Shown: positions 56,645-64,000 of the stretch, piece by piece
Position numbering within the stretch: the first letter of the stretch is position 1
Layout: each line of letters starts with the position of its first letter
Source: the human T2T-CHM13v2.0 reference genome, Homo sapiens
Reading direction: 5' to 3' (one strand)
Length of the DNA stretch: 64,000 bases
Assembly: GCF_009914755.1 (NCBI RefSeq)
Contig: NC_060934.1
Notes under the pieces: model-generated
Seen by the model: only the letters and a program-made list of their open reading frames with translations
Told to the model about the DNA's origin: nothing
The model's database searches: none
Made by a program: the position numbers and the translations under genes

Positions 56645-56969
56645 CAGGTCAAGCATCCCTAATTGAAAAATCCAAAATCCAAAATACTCCAAAATCTGAA
56701 ACTTACTGAGCACCCACATGACGCCACACCTGGAAAATTCCACATGTAAGTACTTACCACAGACTTATTTTCAAGCACAAAAATACTGCATAAAATTACC
56801 TTCAGGCTATGTGTATAAGGTACGTAGGAAACATAAATTCTAACAATACATTAGACTTGGGTTCCATCTTCAACCTATCTCATTATATATACAAAAATAT
56901 CCCAAAGTCCAGAAAAATCCAAAATACTTGTGTGGTCCCAAGTATTTTGGATAAAGGATGCTCAACCTG
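56645..56969. mobile_element. Tigger4/MER46 (Zombi)-type TcMar MITE
   Basis: Terminal inverted repeats CAGGTCAAGCATCCCTAAT ... GGATAAAGGATGCTCAACCTG flanked by TA target duplications. Confidence 0.85.
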
Positions 56970-57425
56970 TAATAACAACAGGTTGCTATTAAATCACTCT
57001 AAAGTGATGTGCTTGGGGACAGAAGCCAGAGGCCCCAATAATCAACCTGTAATCAAGCCAATACCCGCAGCTTTTACTTCCCCAGCCCATACACACATGC
57101 AACACACAATTTTGTTCTCCTGATTGTGGTGCTGCACGTCATTCAATCTCACATTCTTACCTATCCTTCAATGAAATTACATGCTGCGTTTTTAAGTAAA
57201 CAGGAAAAATCCAAGCAGCAATAGTGGGACACCTGGGAAAGTTCCCTGGGTGTAAAACTGCTTGGTGGATAAAACATATTGGTGATTCCATTCATCTTTA
57301 CGGAGCAGCTAGTATGGGCCGGGCCCAGGACTTTAGAGTTTCCCTCTCATCATCCTGTTTAATACTTACATTAACCCTGCCAGGGAATATTCCACTTGAG
57401 ATAATGGGGCTCCGTAGGGTTGGTG

Positions 57426-57543
57426 TACCCAAGGTTAAATGGCCTGTAAACCTAAGTCACCAAACCCAATACAAAGCTCCCCTATACCCAAGGTTAAATG
57501 GCTTGTAAACCTAAGTCACCAAACCCAATCCAAAGCTCCCCTA
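57426..57543. repeat. 59-bp tandem duplication (2 copies, 2 mismatches)
   Basis: TACCCAAGGTTAAATGGC(C/T)TGTAAACCTAAGTCACCAAACCCAAT(A/C)CAAAGCTCCCCTA at 57426-57484 and 57485-57543. Confidence 0.95.
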
Positions 57544-60500
57544 CAGGCTGAGAGGAGAGCTATGAGGGAGGTGGGAACAGTGAGCAAAGGGGCTCCAGCA
57601 CCTCCTTGCCCTCACTTTTGCCCTTCACTCTCTCCTTCCCCTTTTGGTCACTCAGCAACCTTTATTTAGAATGAAATGCTAAGGAATTATCCATCCAAAC
57701 CTCATCTAAGGTTGCTCAGGTCATCCTCCTAGAACTACTTGTTACCCTGACTCTTAGCTAAACACCACAGTCCTTCCTACTGCACGAAGTCTCAGGGTCT
57801 TGCCCTGGCATTCTGTCCTCCTCAGTTTGATCCTGACCCCCTGGGCTGAATGCCTGAATCGCCTTTGTCCATACTGCCTTCCTGGAATGCCCTCCCTTTC
57901 ACTTATCAGAATCGTAGCAGACATTCTGCAGATTCACACACCTAGACCCCAACTGCAGACCTCAGACCCAGAGCCCATCTGCCCCTGCAGGCAGGTGCCT
58001 CACCCAGTTAGCAAGCACTGCCCTATATCAAGGTCAGCCTTCCCACCAACCAAGCCCAGTTCAAATCCTAGTGACTAAATGAGACTCCCACACACACCCC
58101 ATAATGATAGCACCCACCTCCAAAATCCAGAAGCGATTACTGACTGTATCACAGTGGTGCCAATTAATGCTACCACCTCCTGTTATTTATACTGTTATAT
58201 ATTCTTCCTGTCTCCTAGATTATACTTTTTTTTGAAAATTGCACGAATTCAGTCTTATATTTTTTTCATAGAGCATGACTTTTTATACACAGCAGCCCTT
58301 CAACCAACCCCACACAGCGCTGCAGCTCAGCACCATGTCCACCTGGAATCACGCGTGTCAGGTCGCAAGCGCAGAAGAACAGATGCAGACACGGTCCATC
58401 CTCCCATCCTGCGCCCTCATGAGAACAGTCCATGTAACGCGGTTCCCAATGTCTAGCACCGCACTGTCCTCAGCGAGGCTCCTAATGCAGATGGGTGGAT
58501 GAGGATGAACAGCTATTCCCAACCATCAGTGATCACAACCACAAAACCATCTTTCAGGAGAGGAAAAAAGAAATGTCACACATGACTAAGCATAAGCCTT
58601 CAAATATCTACTCACTGAGGACATGTCTAGTATTAAATCATGACACTTCACTATCCAGAAAAATTGATTTGTGTAATCTGAAGAGAAAACAGCTCACATG
58701 CAATGCCAGAAAATTAGCCCCACCACACCAGAAAATGTTTACTGCAGAGAAAGCCTTGGTGATTTGAGAGTTGGGACCTTTCTCTTTTCCTTTTTATTTT
58801 TTATTTTTGGCTTGGTTGGTTATTATCCAAAGCCATAAACATGATCTGCCCACACTTTTCCCCACCAGATGGGAGTTCATCAAGCCACATGTCACCTAGC
58901 AACCTAAACACCACTCCACAACTATCCAGCCACCCAATTCTTCACACAGAATTTCTCTTGTTCTATTAGGCAATACGGATAAGGAACAGATAGAGAATAA
59001 AAGTTAAAACAGTGTTAAATACATATTAACACTTCCTCATCACTTAATATAGAATGGGAAAAGTAGTAAGAAAGACTAAAAATTAATCTTAATCATTGTC
59101 TAGCAATTTCAGAAGAAAAACGAGAAAAAGGAGACCTAGAAGACACTCCAGCTCTGGCAACATTTAAGGGTCAACAATCTTGGGATCCAATGACTGAACT
59201 TGGTATACTGCAAAGCCCCCGTTAAAATTCACCTACAGAACTCTAAGTTGTACTTAAAGAGCATGTAAGTGTTGGAACCCCTGACCCATCTCTGACCCTC
59301 CCTCTCATCTCCAACTCCCATGTCACTATCACCCTCCCTTCCTTCAGCTCATAGGCCCCTTTTCTCTTTGTGACACCTTCCCAGACACCCTTAAAAAACT
59401 GCACTCCCTTTTCTACGCCCTGTGAAACAACCACTGCTAATCGTTAATAAGGACCAGGTCCGTGACCAAGGCCCTGCACTCTAGCCACCCAGCATCCCAG
59501 AGGCCACCTCTTCTCCCCATGTCATCACCAGCTCCTTCACCTGGAGGACCCCGCAGCCTCTTGCTCAGCCTCTCACAGCCAGTGGGTCCCTTAGATGTCC
59601 AGCACCCAGAACAGTGCCATGGACACAGTCAAAGCTTCAGAATTTCTGTGGAACGAATGCCTGGAACAACTACATTTGAACTACTGCCAAACAGGCAGTT
59701 CAGCCTATGTCTATTTTGTGCAGGATGAAACATGGGACACAGTAGGTAAAACAATTTTAATCACATAAAATTAGTAAAGTGAAAGAAAATGTTGACCACC
59801 CTCTTCCTATTCAGGAGCCTAGACGTACTGCAGAGTGCATATTACTTTATTTCTCTTTCCTTGCACAATTTGTTTTGTTGGTTTCCAGAGTGCCTGAACA
59901 ATTTGAGTACTCTTTTGGAACATTTAAAGCATAAACTGTCACACATAAACAACACTTAAAAATGCTAAATGTCCATTTAGATGGTTTTCTTTCCCTTTGT
60001 CAGCTTTGCAAGATAAACAGGTGCCCAATTCCCACTAATTTTATTTGATTTTCAATAAAAGAGTTCAACTGTAAGGAACATAACAGAGCTACTAAAGCCA
60101 ACGTCTTCCATCCTTGTGTCGGGTCTCCAAACGTCCCCCAAAATTATCTTTAAAAGGCCAAATTTATGCTATTTTTTCCAATATATACTAAAAGCAAAAC
60201 AAAAGTCTAAAAAGCTTTTACTTCTTAATTTCTGAGAGAACTGAAGATGCCACCGGAGTACCCTGTGTACGCTCAATAGGGCTGACCAAGCCACTTTCCA
60301 ACGTCATTTGCAGCCCCCAAGCCCACAGGGGCCAGGCCACTGTCGGGAACAAATGGGAAATACTGCACCCAAACGAATGCGCTCCCCACCAAAGAGGACT
60401 CTACTACAAAGGAAATATATCCCCGGGTGCTTGGGAGAAACTTCAGCGTGGGCTGTTGTCAAACACAGACACAGTCGGTAAAACAATTTAACAAAACGCC

Positions 60501-60965
60501 TTTTCACTTCTGACACACAGTAGAGGAATGCTGTGAAGTGGAGACAATGTTATCAGTCCACCAGGAAAAAGGGAAATCCACTCAACTCCCAAGTCAGGCC
60601 CGGCCCCGCAGCCCAGCCACATGGAACCAGCCCGGGATAGGTAGGAGCTGAGGTCCTCGCAGGAAAACTTTTCATTCCGCGACTCTTCCAAGGTTGTGCT
60701 TTCCAGAGCCCAGCAAGTGGGATCAGCTCAGTAAATGCTCGCAAGCGAGTGCCAAGTGCCAGCGGTGGCCCTCCCGGGAACGCCTCCCCGACCCCAAGCC
60801 GGCGACTCCCCAAACCCTGCAGCCCCCGGACGCGACGGGCCGCCCCTGCCGGCCCCTACCAGCAGGGGACATGGAGGAAAAGCCCCCCGCCGCTGTTCCG
60901 CCCCCGCCCGAGTAAGGGAGAGGAGGCAGAAGGCTCGCAACCCGCCTCTGTCGGAAGGGCAGTCA

Positions 60966-61850
<885 letters not shown>

Positions 61851-62309
61851 TCGCTCGGGGCCGCTGGGGGAGGGGACGGCGGGAGGGGAGGGGAGGGGAG
61901 GGGAGGGGAGGGGGAGGAGCAGGGCAGGGCACACAACACCGCGCACATGCGGCAGGGGGAGGCGCGGCCGGCTACCCGCGCGGGGCGGAGCGCAGGACCG
62001 CAGCTCGCGCCCCCGCCACCGCCCTCGGGGGCCGACCTCCTTCCCTCCTTCCCTCCCTCCCTCCCTCCCTCCGGGGGCGCGGGACCCCTCGCCCCAGTGC
62101 CAGCACGGGCAGGCGGCCGTCTGCCCCCACCAGCCCTGGCCCAGGCGCCCCCCAGCCCCCTTCACCCCGCCCGCCCAGCACCGTGCAGGGCTGCGTCGCC
62201 CCTCCTCGGGGACGCCCCTTCCACGCCTCCAGAAGTCTCCACGGAGCCCCCCTTCCCGTTTCTTTGTCACTTTTAATCCCATTCCTCGAACTGGAGGGTT
62301 TTGGGTGCA

Positions 62310-62930
62310 GGCGCTCCCGGGGAAAGCAGTTTGTGCTCAGTGCGGTGAGTCCCCTCCTCACCGCCCCGGAGGCTCCAGCCCGAGCCTCTCCGCCCGCGGG
62401 GACTCGAGCCTGCAGCTTGCTCGGCTGGGTTTCTGCCCTGCCCGCTCCCTAGCTCTGCTGCAGGGCCGGCAGCGGCAGTTCTGCCTGAAACGCAAGAATT
62501 AATAGTCTGCTCTGGGGAGACAGTGGGGAAGCCGTGAGCGACCGGGCCTTTTCCAGAGGCCACTATTTACCTTGAAGTTTCCTGTTGACCCTCTGCTGAC
62601 CCACCCGCTTAAATAGATTAGAACTTAAACATCGCAATTCTGATACATTTATTTCTTTGAAGTTCTGCAGCATAAGCAATCCTAACGCGAATCCGTGAAC
62701 AGTCTATTCCGACGGCGCAGAGAAATCTCACGCGGGGATCCCCACGATGTGCCGGCGCTTAACGCAGACGCCCGAACCCAGGGGAAGGCTGCGACTCCGC
62801 GATGAGTGACATGCGGGCTTGAGACGTTCTAAAGGAACGTGGACCGAGTTAGGGAACGTAACTGAAGCTCATTTTGTCTTAGTTATGGACTATGAGTCCT
62901 TAATAAATGTATGTCATTATGTTTAAAGAA
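62310..62930 (+). ncRNA. PARD3-DT: Divergent lncRNA from the PARD3 promoter (PARD3-DT / PARD3-AS1-like)
   Basis: Strong plus-strand donor G|GTGAGT at 62344/62345, candidate acceptor TTTATTTCTTTGAAGTTCTGCAG ending 62670, AATAAA at 62902-62907. I recall an annotated divergent transcript here; the boundaries are approximate. Confidence 0.6.
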
Positions 62931-63621
62931 TGACAAATGTCTGCAAAGAGTGGTCCCTGTCCCAAGCCCTTTCCAGACTATGTGAAATTCTTTTTTGCCA
63001 GTTGTTTCCAAGAGACGTGAAAGCAATCAAGCTCCCCTGGGTTGGCGCAGAACTTGAGCACTTAAGAGCTGGAAGAGCTGGCGATCGACCATCCATCCCA
63101 CTCCACCTCCAATCTTAAAACAAGGAAACAAGACACGAGGTTCGTCCGCTTGCCACACTCCCTGCGCTTTGCAGCACCGCAGCTGCCCCAGCATAGTGCA
63201 GTTTCTCCTAGGAAACATTGCCCTTCCTCTCCTCTCCCAGCCCTGGACCACCACTTTCCACCACCTGTCCCAGCAAATCAGTGCAGTGGTGTTAGCCCCA
63301 TCTTACTCCAGGACATTGACCCAGGGCCAAAGTCACTTGCCCAAGGCGGCAGAGAAAGCTCAAGGCAGACCCAGAAATAGTCTAGGTTTCCCTCCTTCCA
63401 CTCAGCCATGGGAAAGGCTCCTCCTACTGCTGTTTGGCTGCAGCACTAGACATTTCTAGCCAGTAATTAAGTTTGTGACAACGATGACAACAACTGTTGA
63501 TATGGGTTTTTTGCTTCTTACATAGATACTTGGATCCACAACAACAATTACTGATAATTATAGGTGTTGTTTCTGTTTTCATGCATTGGGAGAGTATACT
63601 ACTAGTTTAGAATGTATACTA

Positions 63622-63951
63622 CTTTATTTTATTTTGTGTTTTTTAAATTTATTTATGTATTTATTTTTATTTATTTATTTATTTATTTATTTTGAGACCA
63701 AGTCTCGCTCTGTTGCGCAGGCTGGAGCGCAGTGGCGTGATTTCGGCTCAGTGCCACCTCCGCCTTCTGGATTCAAATGATTCTCCTGCCTCCGCCTCCC
63801 GAGTAGCTGGGATTATAGGTGCCCGCCACCACGCCCAGCTAATTATTGTATTTTCAGTTAGAGACAGGGTCTCACCATGCTGGCCAGGCTGGTCAATCCG
63901 CCCGCCTCAGCCTCCCAAAGTGCTGGGATTGCAGCGTGAGCCACCGCGCGG
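63622..63951 (-). mobile_element. AluS with (TTTA)n tail
   Basis: Reverse dimer; TSD AGAATGTATACTA. Confidence 0.9.
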
Positions 63952-64000
63952 CAGAGAATGTATACTAGTTTTGATGCTACACTAGTTCAGAGGGGTATAC

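Overview
Human (primate) genomic DNA covering the 5' end of the cell-polarity gene PARD3 on the minus strand. Coding exon 1 (61419-61538, [40 protein letters not shown]) lies in a CpG-island promoter at about 60560-62850. That promoter also shows the splice and polyA signals of a short divergent plus-strand lncRNA (PARD3-DT-like). Positions 1-61418 are PARD3 intron 1: about 50 Alu elements or fragments, plus MIR, L1M, MLT1, MER4A1, MER2, MER20, MER5 and Tigger4/MER46 repeats. Nearly all other ORFs in the track are Alu or GC-rich artefacts. I found no evidence for a new multi-gene system. The most notable hidden structures are: (1) a full-length ATP5MK/USMG5 processed pseudogene, split by two Alus and nested in an MLT1 LTR with its target-site duplication intact; (2) a ~260-bp locally templated insertion inside an Alu; (3) a head-to-head Alu fusion with a homogenised 16-bp stem; (4) a 21-bp x5 repeat carrying GGCGGGA in a solo MER4A1 LTR; (5) a degenerate minisatellite rich in E-box/HRE motifs; (6) a 16-aa uORF in the PARD3 leader; (7) two further local duplications. 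Repeat boundaries and subfamily names were called by eye and are approximate.
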